From Strigamia acuminata (taxonomy: Eukaryota), in contig OX442314.1 of NCBI GenBank assembly GCA_949358305.1, positions 19,344,001 through 19,408,000 of the forward strand: a stretch of DNA of 64,000 nucleotides, in the 5' to 3' direction. Below are positions 23,770 through 36,500 of this stretch, piece after piece. The first letter of the stretch is position 1. Each line of letters opens with the position of its first letter. The notes beneath the pieces were generated by a model. The model ran no database searches, was not told the DNA's origin, and saw only the letters and a list, made by a program, of their open reading frames with translations. Both the position numbers and the translations under genes were made by a program.

Positions 23770-23885
23770 CATTCAAAGCAATGTACGACGGGGAGCATAA
23801 AAAAATCGCACAGGGCGCTATTAAACCTGGAGACGGTCGGCCCCGTGTTTCCGTTTGTAGTTGTACAAACGGAACTATTCATTAT

Positions 23886-26800
23886 TGTAGTTTTTGTTCT
23901 AATATGTTGGAGGCATAAAAATGGAGACGTGTGGTTGTTAGGTGAAAATATTAACAGTGATGGTTTTAATCTTAAACAGATGTTAAAAAGTGCGTGGAGC
24001 ACCAAATACAATTCGGGTCACTGATTGGTCAGTGTCAGTGACAGGTGCACAGGTGACAAAGACACCTGGCGGACAGGAATACAACATTCAATAAACAACA
24101 CTTCCCCTGAATGGCAATATTCCTACATTTTAAAATTCAAAACATTTTTCTTAAACAATTCAGACATTTAAAAAATTAAAGTATTCATTCACAAACAATT
24201 CAAATATTAAAAACAATATTTCTTAAACAATTTCCTTCAATCCAAATTGGGCGATCAATTCTTCGTGTTTTGGCTTAAAAAGCCCCTTGGTCAACACATC
24301 GGCGACCATCTTCTCACTCTCCAGGAATTCTATGTCGATATCTCCCCGCTCACATGTTTCTCGAACGAAATGGTGGCGAATGTCGATGTGCTTGGTCCTG
24401 GAATGAAAAATTGGGTTTCGCACCAATTTGTGTGCCCCCTGATTATCGCTATAAATGAGGGTCGTTTCTTTCTTCTTGTTGATGTATTTAATTTCGTCTA
24501 GGAAGTTTCGCAAGTAGATTGCTTCTTTTGACGCTTCGGCCAACGCCATATATTCTGCTTCGGTCGACGAGGTTGCGACGGTCTTCTGCTTTCTTGCTTC
24601 CCAGCATATTGTCGCGTTCGCGAGTTTAAAGCAGTAGCCGGTGTACGAGCGACGGTCGTCCAAGTTTGCTCCCCAATCTGCATCCGTGTAGCCGACTAAG
24701 TCTTTTCCGGTCTTTTCGAATTTTAGCCCGAGATTCGATGAGTGCTTCAAATATCTTAGGACGCGTTTTGCTGCTGTCCAATGAGTTCCGGTGAAACACG
24801 TATTATATTGACTTAATGCGCTGACGGTGTAGGAAATATCGGGTCGAGTGCAAACGGCGAGGTACATGAGTGATCCGATTAAACTTTGGTACGGGAAATT
24901 CTCTGGATCCAGTAGCTCTTCGTCGGTCCCATCCTCCTTTTTCTTGTTTTTCTGCAATTTCTGATTTGCGTCGAGTGGAGTTGTGTTTTTCGAGCAGTCT
25001 TGCATTCCGAAACGATTCAGTATGTCCTTAACGTATTTTTTCTGCGCCATCGTGATTGATTTCGTCTTTTCGTCCTGTTTAAACTCGATTCCCAAGCAGT
25101 AGTGAATTTGTCCTAAATCCTTCATTTTGAACTCGCTCTTCAGGTTCGATTTTAATTTCTCCAAGTTTCTTTTGCAGTTCGTTGCGATGATAAAATCATC
25201 CACGTAGATTGCGACGAGCGTGATGACTTCTCCATTCGTTTGGTAATACACGCATGGGTCTGCGTTTGTTGGCTTCAGTCCGTGCTTTTGCAACTTCTCG
25301 TCCAGTTTTTTGTACCACTGGCGACCCGACTGCTTCAATCCGTATAATGCCTTTCTCATCCGGCAGACTTTTCCTTTCTTGATTTTTATTCCAGCGATAA
25401 ATTCCAAATATTCGGGGAATTCCATAAAAATTTCCTCTTCGATTTCGCCGTTCAAATATGCCGTTATCGCGTCCATTTGGTGTACGGTCAATCCCAACTC
25501 GGCTGCGATTGCCATCATCATTCGAATTGATCCCGGTCGTGCGACGGGCGCGTAGGTTTCAAAGTAGTCGATGCCTGGCTGCTGTGCATATCCTTTGGCG
25601 ACCAGTCGGGCCTTTCTGCGTTCGATTGACCCGTCTGCTTCAAATTTTGTGCGGAGGACCCATCTACATCCGATTACGTTTCTATTTTTCGGTCGGTCGC
25701 ACTCCTCCCACGTTTCGTTTTCAATTAAAGCGTCGTATTCGTCCTTCATCGCTTTCATCCATTCTTGTGGGTCGTTTCCATTCAAAGCTTCGGCCGCTGT
25801 CGTTGGATCGTCGAGAATTGCTATCTGTGCAATTTCGTCCAAAACTTCATTAGTTGTTGTCGGATTCTTTCTGGTGTATTTCTTTCTGGGTGGGTCCCCA
25901 TTTCGATTTGGGTAAGGTTTTGGCGTTCTCGAGGATCGTCGTGGAATTATTTGCGCGTTTTCATTCTGACGAGGTTCGGCTTCTTCGTGTTGCGTCTCTC
26001 TCTCGTCCTCATTGTCGGGCTCGTTCTCGCCTGCGCTCTCGACTTCGTCCTCGGAAATTTCGGTTCCATTCTCGATTTGATCTGTTCTGCAATCGGTGAG
26101 AATGTCATTAAAATTATTGTTATTATCGTTTTCTTCACATTCTTCATTCGTTTCATTTTCCGATTTTTCGACAAATTTCACGTCTCGACTTTTTATAATC
26201 TTATTTTCGCTTTTCGACCATAAACGATACGCCTTCGATCCGTCCCAATATCCGATGAGAATACATTCTTTTGACTTCGGTTCGAACTTCCCCTTGTTTG
26301 GTTTCTTGTCCAACGCAAAAACTCTGCTCCCGAAAACTCGAAAATAGTCAACATTTGGTTTTCTTCCGGTCCAGACTTGATGCGGTATTTCATTTTCCAA
26401 ACTTCTAGTCGGGCATTTATTTCGGATGTGGCACGCAGTGTTGATTGCTTCCGCCCAGTATGTGTTGGGCAATTTTGCTTGCAGTAACATGCATCGTGCC
26501 ATCTCGATTAAAGTTCTGTTCATTCTTTCAGATACGCCATTTTGTTCCGGTGTGTGGGCGACGCTGGTTTGACGTTTTATGCCGTTTTCTCGCAGATAGT
26601 TGTCAAAGTTCTTGTTTACGTATTCCTTCCCGTTGTCCGATCGTAAAACTTTGAGTGCGCAACCAGTTTCCCTCTCGCAAAACGTTTTAAATGACTTGAA
26701 TGCCTCGAAAACTTCGCTTTTGTGCTTCAGAAAATACACTTTGCACCACCTCGATTTGTCGTCGGTGAAGGTCACGAAGTATCTTGATCCGTTCATGGAC

Positions 26801-28659
26801 TTTGTTGGCATTGGTCCGCAAACGTCCGAGTGTACAAGTTCCAGCAGTTTTTCGCTTTTTGACGTGGAGTCAGGAAATTTCGTACTTGCGTGCTTCCCCT
26901 CGATGCAAGTTTCACAAGTTGGCAGCTTGGCGTCCTTTTCCAAGTTCATTCCGTCCGCCTTTTCGTTTAGTATTTTCAGACTTGACTCGTTCAGGTGCCC
27001 AAGTCTTTTGTGCCATTCTTGTATTTTCGTACTTGCGGGTTTTGCAGGTTTTGATCCGGTTCCGACTTCGATTTCCGCTGCAGTCGCAGCATCCTCGGTC
27101 TCGTCGACGATGTAATACAATCCGTTCCTTTTTTCGGCGGTGAATATGATTTCTCCCTTCGGATTTATCACTTCTGCTGATTTATCATCGAAAATCACCT
27201 TGTGTCCCCGTTCTGTGATCTTCCCGACTGACATCAAATTCGTTCGCAAATCTCGTACCAAAAGAGTTTCCGCCAAATCCAGTTTCATATTTCCGTTCCC
27301 GGTGTTGACGACAATTTTCGCGGTTCCTTTTCCGTCGATTTTTGTACTCGCTTTGCTGGCCAAATTCAGTTTTTGGTTTTTCAGGAATTCGATCGTCGAA
27401 AATGTTGAATCGTTCGAGCACATGTGGGAGCTGGCGCCGCTGTCCAAACACCAATTCTTTGGTCGTGACTTCTCGCTTATCAGGGCTGTCTCGATTTGCT
27501 CGCAAAAAAATAATTCGTACTTGGATTTCTCGGCTCTTGATGCGCTTTCCTTCTTGCTTTTACTTCGGCAATCGGCGATTTTGTGGCCAATTTTTCCGCA
27601 ACCGTGACACTTGTATTTAAAAGCTGGCTTCTCGGTCGAATTCGAATTTTCGTCGCCGTATTTCTTTGGTTGCTTACGTTTTTGGAACGTTTTTCTGGCC
27701 ATCATGGCGTCCGATACGTCTTCTTTCCCTTTTCCGCGGGCGATTGACTCGTCTTTGATCTTTCCCTCCAAAACTTCCAGCGAGGGCAATTTATCTTGCG
27801 ATTCTATTGCGCATCTGAAGTTGTCGTAAGAGTTCGGCAGGCTTAGTAGCAGTAAGATCGTTGTGAAGTCTTCGGGCATCTTGAAATCCATGTCTAGTAG
27901 CTTATCCACCAGCTCGAAGAATTCTTTTAAGTGGTTCTCCACGTTTTCTCCGTCCGCCATCTTGTGTGTTGCGAGTCGTTTTAACAACGTGATTTTTCTT
28001 GCCGGTCCTTTCGATTGGTACACACTATGCAGCTTCCTCCACAATTCGTTCGCGGTGTTGCAATTTTTAGCCATTCGAAGTTCCGATTGTTTTATATTTA
28101 GCAAAATGTCATTTTTGGCTGTTCGATCACTTTTCTCCCACGTTTCGATCTCCTTCATACGTTTCGCGTTTCCTTCAATGGTTTCTGGTCGTTTCGACGT
28201 ACCTTCCGCGTGCACGAGTAGGTCCCGTTGATCCAAAATTGCTTCCATCTGGATCTTCCATGTGTCGAAGTTTTCCTTTCCCAACGCCTCAATTCGAGCT
28301 GAATTTCCGCCGCCGTTCGCCATCGTTTCTTAGTTCTGTTTCTTGTGGAATGTTCGTGTTAAATTCGTTTTTAACTTCCTCGAATGTTCCGGTACAAAAC
28401 TTGATGATTTTTAAGCGCAGTGGAAGCGTGCTGGGCCCATAACCTGTAGTTTTTGTTCTAATATGTTGGAGGCATAAAAATGGAGACGTGTGGTTGTTAG
28501 GTGAAAATATTAACAGTGATGGTTTTAATCTTAAACAGATGTTAAAAAGTGCGTGGAGCACCAAATACAATTCGGGTCACTGATTGGTCAGTGTCAGTGA
28601 CAGGTGCACAGGTGACAAAGACACCTGGCGGACAGGAATACAACATTCAATAAACAACA
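23886..28659 (-). mobile_element. Ty1/copia LTR retrotransposon C (intact)
   Basis: 215-bp LTRs at 23886-24100 and 28445-28659; TSD ATTAT at 23881-23885 and 28660-28664; PBS GGTTATGGGCCCAG at 28431-28444; PPT AGGGGAAG at 24101-24108. Confidence 0.97.
24223..28323 (-). CDS. Copia C gag-pol polyprotein (1366 aa, uninterrupted)
   Basis: CHGCGKIGHKIADC, WCLDSGAS, WHKRLGHLN, HSDVCGP, RSDNGKEY, YVDDF, GYTDADWG, RTKHIDIRHHF. Confidence 0.96.
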   Translation of the reverse strand: MANGGGNSARIEALGKENFDTWKIQMEAILDQRDLLVHAEGTSKRPETIEGNAKRMKEIETWEKSDRTAKNDILLNIKQSELRMAKNCNTANELWRKLHSVYQSKGPARKITLLKRLATHKMADGENVENHLKEFFELVDKLLDMDFKMPEDFTTILLLLSLPNSYDNFRCAIESQDKLPSLEVLEGKIKDESIARGKGKEDVSDAMMARKTFQKRKQPKKYGDENSNSTEKPAFKYKCHGCGKIGHKIADCRSKSKKESASRAEKSKYELFFCEQIETALISEKSRPKNWCLDSGASSHMCSNDSTFSTIEFLKNQKLNLASKASTKIDGKGTAKIVVNTGNGNMKLDLAETLLVRDLRTNLMSVGKITERGHKVIFDDKSAEVINPKGEIIFTAEKRNGLYYIVDETEDAATAAEIEVGTGSKPAKPASTKIQEWHKRLGHLNESSLKILNEKADGMNLEKDAKLPTCETCIEGKHASTKFPDSTSKSEKLLELVHSDVCGPMPTKSMNGSRYFVTFTDDKSRWCKVYFLKHKSEVFEAFKSFKTFCERETGCALKVLRSDNGKEYVNKNFDNYLRENGIKRQTSVAHTPEQNGVSERMNRTLIEMARCMLLQAKLPNTYWAEAINTACHIRNKCPTRSLENEIPHQVWTGRKPNVDYFRVFGSRVFALDKKPNKGKFEPKSKECILIGYWDGSKAYRLWSKSENKIIKSRDVKFVEKSENETNEECEENDNNNNFNDILTDCRTDQIENGTEISEDEVESAGENEPDNEDERETQHEEAEPRQNENAQIIPRRSSRTPKPYPNRNGDPPRKKYTRKNPTTTNEVLDEIAQIAILDDPTTAAEALNGNDPQEWMKAMKDEYDALIENETWEECDRPKNRNVIGCRWVLRTKFEADGSIERRKARLVAKGYAQQPGIDYFETYAPVARPGSIRMMMAIAAELGLTVHQMDAITAYLNGEIEEEIFMEFPEYLEFIAGIKIKKGKVCRMRKALYGLKQSGRQWYKKLDEKLQKHGLKPTNADPCVYYQTNGEVITLVAIYVDDFIIATNCKRNLEKLKSNLKSEFKMKDLGQIHYCLGIEFKQDEKTKSITMAQKKYVKDILNRFGMQDCSKNTTPLDANQKLQKNKKKEDGTDEELLDPENFPYQSLIGSLMYLAVCTRPDISYTVSALSQYNTCFTGTHWTAAKRVLRYLKHSSNLGLKFEKTGKDLVGYTDADWGANLDDRRSYTGYCFKLANATICWEARKQKTVATSSTEAEYMALAEASKEAIYLRNFLDEIKYINKKKETTLIYSDNQGAHKLVRNPIFHSRTKHIDIRHHFVRETCERGDIDIEFLESEKMVADVLTKGLFKPKHEELIAQFGLKEIV

Positions 28660-28950
28660 ATTATGTTGGAATTAGAAATAAGACCTTCGCCTATTTTTCT
28701 TCTTTAATATACGGCAACATTTGTCATACTCAACAAATGTTTGGCCTATTAAATGAAATAATGATGTAATTACATCTTCGTACATAATCGTTAAAGTTTC
28801 AACTTATCACTTGGCAAACTCGTGTAGGAGTTGGATTAGACGGGTCAGTCTGTTCTCTTGGATCGATTTGTTTGTTTTCTAATTTTGCTGTTGTAGGTAG
28901 TATCTACATCATTTACAGGGTACTCGAAAATTTTAACATCCCGTGTAGAT

Positions 28951-31900
28951 ATGGAAAACAAAAAAAGAAGCAGTTGGAAACCGATTTCTAAATATGAAAA
29001 AATTTTATTTGCAATTGCAGTTATTTTCATTCTGTTATCAATTTTTCTTGTAATTGGATTAATCGTCAAGTCCAAATCAGGTAAGGATGACAATTATGAT
29101 ATTATACAGTAATTAGCTGAAAAAAAGTTAATTTTTAGGGAAAAATATTTGCAATTCGAAAGCGTGCGTCGAAGCGGGTACAGTACGAAAAATACTCAAA
29201 TGTGGGAAATATGGGTCACGATTTTCTTTTAGCGTATGAAATCATCACAAATATGGATCCGAATACAGAGCCATGTACCGATTTTTATCAGTATGGTTGT
29301 GGAGGTTTTGCAAATAAAACAAGCATTCTAGGTTTAGAAGCTTTTTCTGAAATGTCACATGATGTGAGTAGGATGGAAAGCTTGGAAGAATTCCGAAGTA
29401 AACCAAATTTCCCTCTTCCTCTATATCTCCATAAAGTATTAATCATGTATAATTATTTGCTCCAGAAATTGTTAATCAACCTTTGGAGGAAAGAGAAAAT
29501 AGATATTCTAAGCAAGTTAAAGATTTATATTCTTCGTGTATGAATGAAAGTACGTAATTCTACCATTTTACTAGTACGGTATGCATTTTAAAATCACTTT
29601 TTTTAAACATAAAACAGCAATACTCGAGGAATTAGGCGCGTCCCCATTAATTGAATCATTAAATGAAGTTGGAGGATGGCCAGTTCTTGTGGGATCCGAT
29701 TGGAAAGAAAATGAATTTGATTGGAAGCAAGCTCTTGTTCAGTTTCGAAGTATGGGAATTCCAATTTACTATTTTTTCGATATACATGTGAGAGTTAGTT
29801 ACGCTAATCATCAATCCGCAATAAATACCATGCAGGTAAATAAATCTACGTTTTATTTTAATCTGGAATACCATTCATTTAATCAAATTTTAGATAGAGC
29901 CGCCGTGGTCAACACATGTGCCATCAGAAGCTGATGATCGCAAAGCTTATCTTGATTACATGATTGATTTAGCTGTGCTCTTCGGAGCAGAGAGAGCGAG
30001 AGCTGAACGTGAAATGAAAGTAGTGCTTGATTTTGTAACTAATCTTAACGACATTTTGGTAAGTAAATGAATAAAAATTGTCAATATTAGTTACACTGCT
30101 TTGCTTTTTGTACTTTTAAATAGTCATCATCAGGAAGCAATTATTCTGAGGCAATTACAGTACGAGTGCACGAATTGGAGAACTACATGCCCCAAATTTC
30201 CTGGTATGACTTCCTGAACAACTTAAACTTTTCAACACCAATAACTCATTATAACGAAGTAGAAGTCCTTAATCCAGACCATTTAAAACAACTTTCTACT
30301 TTAGTTTCATCAACCAATAAGAGGTGAGCTATTCAATTTTCATTTATTTGGGTTTTGGAATCAATTAAATAGCTGTTTATAGGATTATTGCTAATTATAT
30401 CATGTGGAAAGTGGTCGAGGATCATTGTAAATATCTAAATAAGAAGTTTCGAAATTTCTGTGCGGAATATCACAAGGACTTTCGAGGATTTCCTAGTTTT
30501 CCATCTAGACAATTCTTTTGCTATACCGAATTGCGTGACGTCATGACCGTGGCAACTGGTGCCATGTATGTTAAAAATGTACCGGATCCACAATCTAAAC
30601 CTATGGTAAGAATTATAATTTTACTAAAAAATAATAAAAAATACGAGTAATAATTTATGGAAAATTTAGGCGACTGACATAGCGAATAGCATCCGAGATG
30701 TTCTAACTCGAAGTATTCAGAAAGCTAAATGGATGGATTCATCAACATTGACATCAGCTATGGGAAAAGTAATAGTTTAACATTACGCCATATAAATTTA
30801 AAAAAAAAAATTTAAAAAGTGATATAATTTCAGCTTAAAACATTGAATTTGTTAATTGGTTATTTGGATGAACATATTAATGACACTATCATAAATGATT
30901 TCTATGCTCCCGTAAGTGAAGTCAGAGATCTTTTTCTCTGGTAGCGATTTATTTTATATGCGAATTTAGATTATACGGCAAGGAAAACTCTTTGCCTATA
31001 TGTACTCAGTATTCGTTTTATCAAACGAGAAAGAGATTGAGAGGCATTTGTAATGACGCTATTACAAATGCGTCTCCTTCGCTCGTCATTAGAGCATAAA
31101 GACTGGTCACTTGCAGAGGAACCAAAAATTGTTTTTGCCTGTTCCGTAGTGATAAGAATGACCCGGTGGTTATGCTCAAAAAGATAATCAACACTTATTA
31201 ATATAAAGATTGTGTTCATTCAGCTCGTCATTTCAAAGAATACATTTTTTAAAAATGTGCTGCACTCGAACAAATTTGAAGTTGACCGGCAATTTTCCAA
31301 AATAACAAAGAAAACGGCTGATGACTTAGCGTAAGTGGTCACGGTTTTTACAGTATACGGTAGGTCAACTTCGTACGGAACTACAAATTTAATTCGTTCC
31401 TCTGTAGACCGTACAATCGTAGTTTTGGTCAAGAGGCAGTGGCTAATGGAGTTTGAAGGAAAAATAACTCAAATTCCACATACCGGTAGGTTACATTGAC
31501 ACTTTGGGCTGGCAATTTGAGTTGCAATTCTTCCCTCAATCTTCCATCGGCCAATATTACAAAATAAATTTTAAATTTACAATATATTTCAGAATTTTTA
31601 ACTTGGGCTTTTATGATATCTGGTCATTTAGAACGTATTATTGGCAATCATTAAATCGTTTAGGTAATTTATTAAACATGCTTTAAAATATAAAACTGAA
31701 AACCGAAAGTAATTCCGGTATTTATTTTAGATATGTACGCCGGCTTATTGAGACCTCCGTTATTTAATGTCGAATGGCCAAACTATTTAAACTATGGTGG
31801 CTTCGGCTCTTTATTTGGATTTGAGATTCTTGAAGGATTTGGTTATCATGGTAATTTTTTTTACAATTTTTAAATCAAGAAAAGAAAAATCTCAAAACGA

Positions 31901-32621
31901 ATCGAATTGCAGGAAAATATTACGATCGTCACGGAAACGGTTACAAGTGGTGGTCAGATGATACTGAAAACAAGTTCCGTGAAAAAAGCGATTTGGCTTT
32001 TCAGCAATACTCCAATTTAAATATTAGAGTGAATGTAAGTTTAAGATTTAATGAATCATGCAATACAATACGGCAAAATGTTCTGAAGTCAGATTATTTT
32101 TATACAGAAAGACCGTTTCCAATCAATGTTCCTCAAAGTAAACGAAGGAACGAATCTGGCTTACGAAGTAATGATTACTCCGTATTTAAAGCTAATTTTA
32201 ATGTTTAAAAAAAACACATTATTACAATTTTTATTTATTGAAGGCTTATGAAAAATGGGAAAAGATTAACAAGGTAGAACCTGGCTTACCCGGTTTAACA
32301 TTAAATTCAAGACAACTATTTTGGATACAAGGAATTAATGTATAGTAGAATCTTTTTTTTTAATGGAAAGATTGATTTGAATAACATTGCCGTTATTACC
32401 TTTTTAAAAAGATGTTTTGTGCAAAGACAGCGAACAGTTACGGGAAACATTTGTAAGAAAGCTCAAAGGAAAAATACAGTTTTAATGTGTCTTACTAAAT
32501 CGTTTAATATTTTTATAGAACAGTAGGGCGGGTGATCAATTCGCAACATTTTGGCAAGGATTTTAACTGTCCCGTCGGCTCGCCTATGAATCCGAAAGAA
32601 AAGATAAACCTCTTTTCATAA
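28951..32621 (+). CDS. Neprilysin-like M13 protein, copy 3; predicted non-catalytic
   Basis: Same exon structure as copy 2; LNYGGFGSLFGFEILEGFG (FEILE at 31820-31834); ends PKEKINLFS stop. Confidence 0.87.
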
Positions 32622-33584
32622 AAATCAAATTATTTTGGTTTGATGTTTTTCTATTTGAATATTTCATAATCATTCTACTTTGTTGTGTACGCTGTGTAAA
32701 TTACTAATGATATTTTATATAATATATTTAGTACTGCCATTTGTGTTTGTGTTGATAAATTTTTTAGTTTTAGTATACTTTCTATTTCTACATGTACAAC
32801 TGAGGACATGCCTGGCGGAGAATATATTATACGGTACGTGTAAAATTGAAACCATTGTTGGTGGCAGCAATAGAACGTCTCGCGTCTAATTGCAGCTTAT
32901 TTATCTATCTCATCACATGCTATTTCAATTTTTTAAAAAAAAGTCTAACCCAGTCGGCCAGCAATGTGGGATAAACAAAAGATAAAAAGAGACTTTATAA
33001 ATTATTGACATTTGTTTTATACATCTAACTAAAATTAATTGCATTAATAGGCACATTATTACCTTCGCATCGTACTAACTTTTTGTTTCGCTATTAATCA
33101 GCCCTAAATTCACTGACTAACTGAAACGTTCCGAAAAAAGACCGATTTTAGTTTTTGTGCATTCAAAGCAATGTACGACGGGGAGCTAAAAAAATCGCAC
33201 AGGGAGCTGATAAACCTGGAGACGGTCGGCCCCGTGTTTCCGTTTGTAGTTGTGCAAACGGAACTATTCATTAAGTTGGAATTACACAAAAGACCTTCGC
33301 CTATTTTTCTTCTTTAATATACGGCAACATTTGTCATACTCAACAAATGTTTGGCCTATTAAAGGAAATAATGAAGTAATTACATCTTACAAGTTAGTAC
33401 ATAATCGTTAAAGTTTCAACCTACTATCACTTGGCAAACTCGTGTAGAAGTTGGATTAGACGATTCGGTCTGTTCTCTCGGGTGGTTTTGTTTGTTTTCT
33501 AATTTTGCTGTTGTAGGTAGTATTTACAATCATATTTATAATCATTTACAGGGTACTCGAAAAATTGTAACATTCCGTGTAGAT

Positions 33585-36500
33585 ATGGAAAACAAAAAAA
33601 GAAGCAGTTGGAAACCGATTTCTAAATATGAAAAAATTTTATTTGCGATTGCAATTATTTTCATTCTGTTATCAATTTTTCTTGTAATTGGATTAATCGT
33701 CAAGTCCAAATCAGGTAAGGAAGGCAATTATGATACTACAATTAGCTTAAGAAACGTTAATTTTTAGGGAAAATTATTTGCAATTCGAAAGCGTGCGTCG
33801 AAGCGGGTACAGTATGAAAAATACTCAAATGCTTCAAATGTGGGAAATATGGATCACAATTTTCTTTTAGCGTATGAAATAATCACAAATATGGATCTGA
33901 ATGCAGAACCATGCACTGATTTTTATCAGTATGGTTGTGGAGGTTTAGCAAATAAAACAAGCATTCTAGGTTTAGAAGATTTTTTTTTAACTTCATCTGC
34001 TGTGAGGAGGATGGAGATCTTGGAAGAGTTCCGAAGTAAACAAAATTTCCTTATTCCTTTATATCTCCATAAAGTACTAATCATGCATAATTATTTGCTC
34101 CAGAAATTGTTAATCAACCTTTGGAGGAAAGAGAAAATAGATATTCTAAGCAAGTTAAAGATTTATATTCTTCGTGTATGAATGAATGTACGTAATTCTA
34201 CCATTTTACCAGTACAGTATGCATTTTAAAATCACATTTTTAAAAATAAAACAGCAATACTCGAGGAATTAGGCGCGTCCCCATTAATTGAATCGTTAAA
34301 TGAAGTTGGAGGATGGCCAGTTCTTGTGGGATCCGATTGGAAAGAAAGTGAATTTGATTGGAAGCAAGCTCTTGTTCAGTTTCGAAGTATGGGAATTCCA
34401 ATTTATTATTTTTTCCGTATACGTGTGTCGGCTAATCTCGCTAGTCGACATTACGCAACAAATATCATGAACGTAAATAAATTTACGTTTCATCTTAAAT
34501 TGGAATACCATTCATTTAATCAAATTTTAGATAGATTCGCCGTGGTCAACACATGTGCCATCAGAAGAAGATGATCGCAAAGCTTATCTTGATTACATGA
34601 TTGATTTAGCTGTGCTCTTAGGAGCAGAGAGAGCGAGAGCTGAACGCGAAATGAAAGTAGTGCTTGATTTTGAAACTAATCTTAACAAGATTTTGGTAAG
34701 TAAATGAATAAAAATTGTCAATATTAGTTACACTGCTTTGCTTTTTGTACTTTTAAATAGCCACCACCACATAAAAATTCTTCTGCAGCAATTACAGTAC
34801 GAGTGCACGAATTGGAGAACTACATGCCCCAAATTTCCTGGTATGATTTTCTCAACAGCTTAAACTTTTCAACACCAATAACTAATTATAACGAAGTAGA
34901 AGTCCTCGAACCAGACTATTTAAAACAACTTTCTACTTTACTTTCATCAGCCAATAAAAGGTGAGCTCTTTAATTTTCATTTATCTGGGTTTTGGAATCA
35001 ATTAAATAGCTGTTTATAGGATTATTGCTAATTATATCATGTGGAAAGTGGTCGAGGATCATTGTAGATATTTAAATAAGAAGTTTCGAAATTTCTGTGC
35101 GGAATATCACAAGGACTTTCGAGGATTTCCTAGTTTTCCATCTAGACAATTTTTTTGCTATACAGAATTGCGCAACAGCATGACTGTGGCAACTGGTGCC
35201 ATGTATGTTAAAAATGTACCGGACTCACAATCTAAACCTATAGTAAGAATTATAATTTTACTATTGGCTGTTGAAGAATAAAAACTTATGATTTATGGAA
35301 TATTTAGGCGACTGACATAGCGAATAGCATCCGAGATGTTCTAACTCGAAGTATTCAGAAAGCTAAATGGATGGATTCATCAACATTGACATCAGCAATG
35401 GGAAAAGTAATAGTTTAACTTTACGCCATATAAATTTATAGACATTTTTTTAAAAAGTGATATAATTTCAGCTTAAAACATTGAATTTGTTAATTGGTTA
35501 TTTGGATGAACATATTAATGACACTATCATAAATGATTTTTACGCTCCGGTAAGTCAATTGGTGTAGAGATCTTTTTCTCTGGTAGCGATTTATTTTATA
35601 CGCGAATTCAGATTATACGGCAAGGAAAATTCTTTGTCTACATCTATTCTGTATTCGCGTTTGAGAAGACAAATCGATTTATCAAACGAGAGAGAGAGAG
35701 AGAGCATAAAGCCTGGCCACTTGTAGAGGAACCAAAGGCAGAAAATTGTCGTTGTTGTTTCTGAATATAAATGACCCGGTGGTTATGTTCAAAAAGACAA
35801 TCAATTTATTGATATAAAGATTGTGTCCATTCAGCTCTTCATTTCAAACAATACATTTTTTAAAAATATGCTGCACTCGAAGAAATTTGAAGTTGACCGG
35901 CAATTTTCCAAAATAACAAAGAAAACGGCTGATGACTTAGCGTAAGTGGTCACGGTTTTTAGTCATTTTTACAGTATACGGTAGGTCAACTTCGTACGGA
36001 ACCACAAATTTATTTCGTCCCTCTGTAGACCGTACAATGGTAGTTTTGGTCAAGAGGCAGTGGCTAATGAATGGGTGAAGGAGAAGAGAAATAACTCAAA
36101 TTCCACATGGGTTACATTGACACTTTGGGCTGGCACTTTGAGTTGCAATCCTTCCCTCAATCTTCCATAGGCAATATTACAAAATAAATGTTAAATTTAC
36201 AATATATTTCAGAACTGTTACCTTGGGCTTTCATGATATCTGGTCATTTAGAACGTATTATTGGCAATCATTAAATCGTTTAGGTAATTTATTAAACGTA
36301 CTTTACAACATCAAACTTTAAAACCGAAAGTAATTCCGGTATTTATTTTAGATATGTACGCCGGTTTATTGAGACCTCCGTTATTTAATGTCGAATGGCC
36401 AAACTATTTAAATTATGGCGGCTTCGGCTCTTTGTTTGGATTTGGGATTCTTGAAGGATTTGGTTCTAAAGGTAATTTTTTTTTACAATTTTTAAATCAA

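Noticed and set aside
35687..35704. (GA)n run in neprilysin-like copy 4
   Set aside because: A short intronic microsatellite at a deletion junction, with no coding effect.
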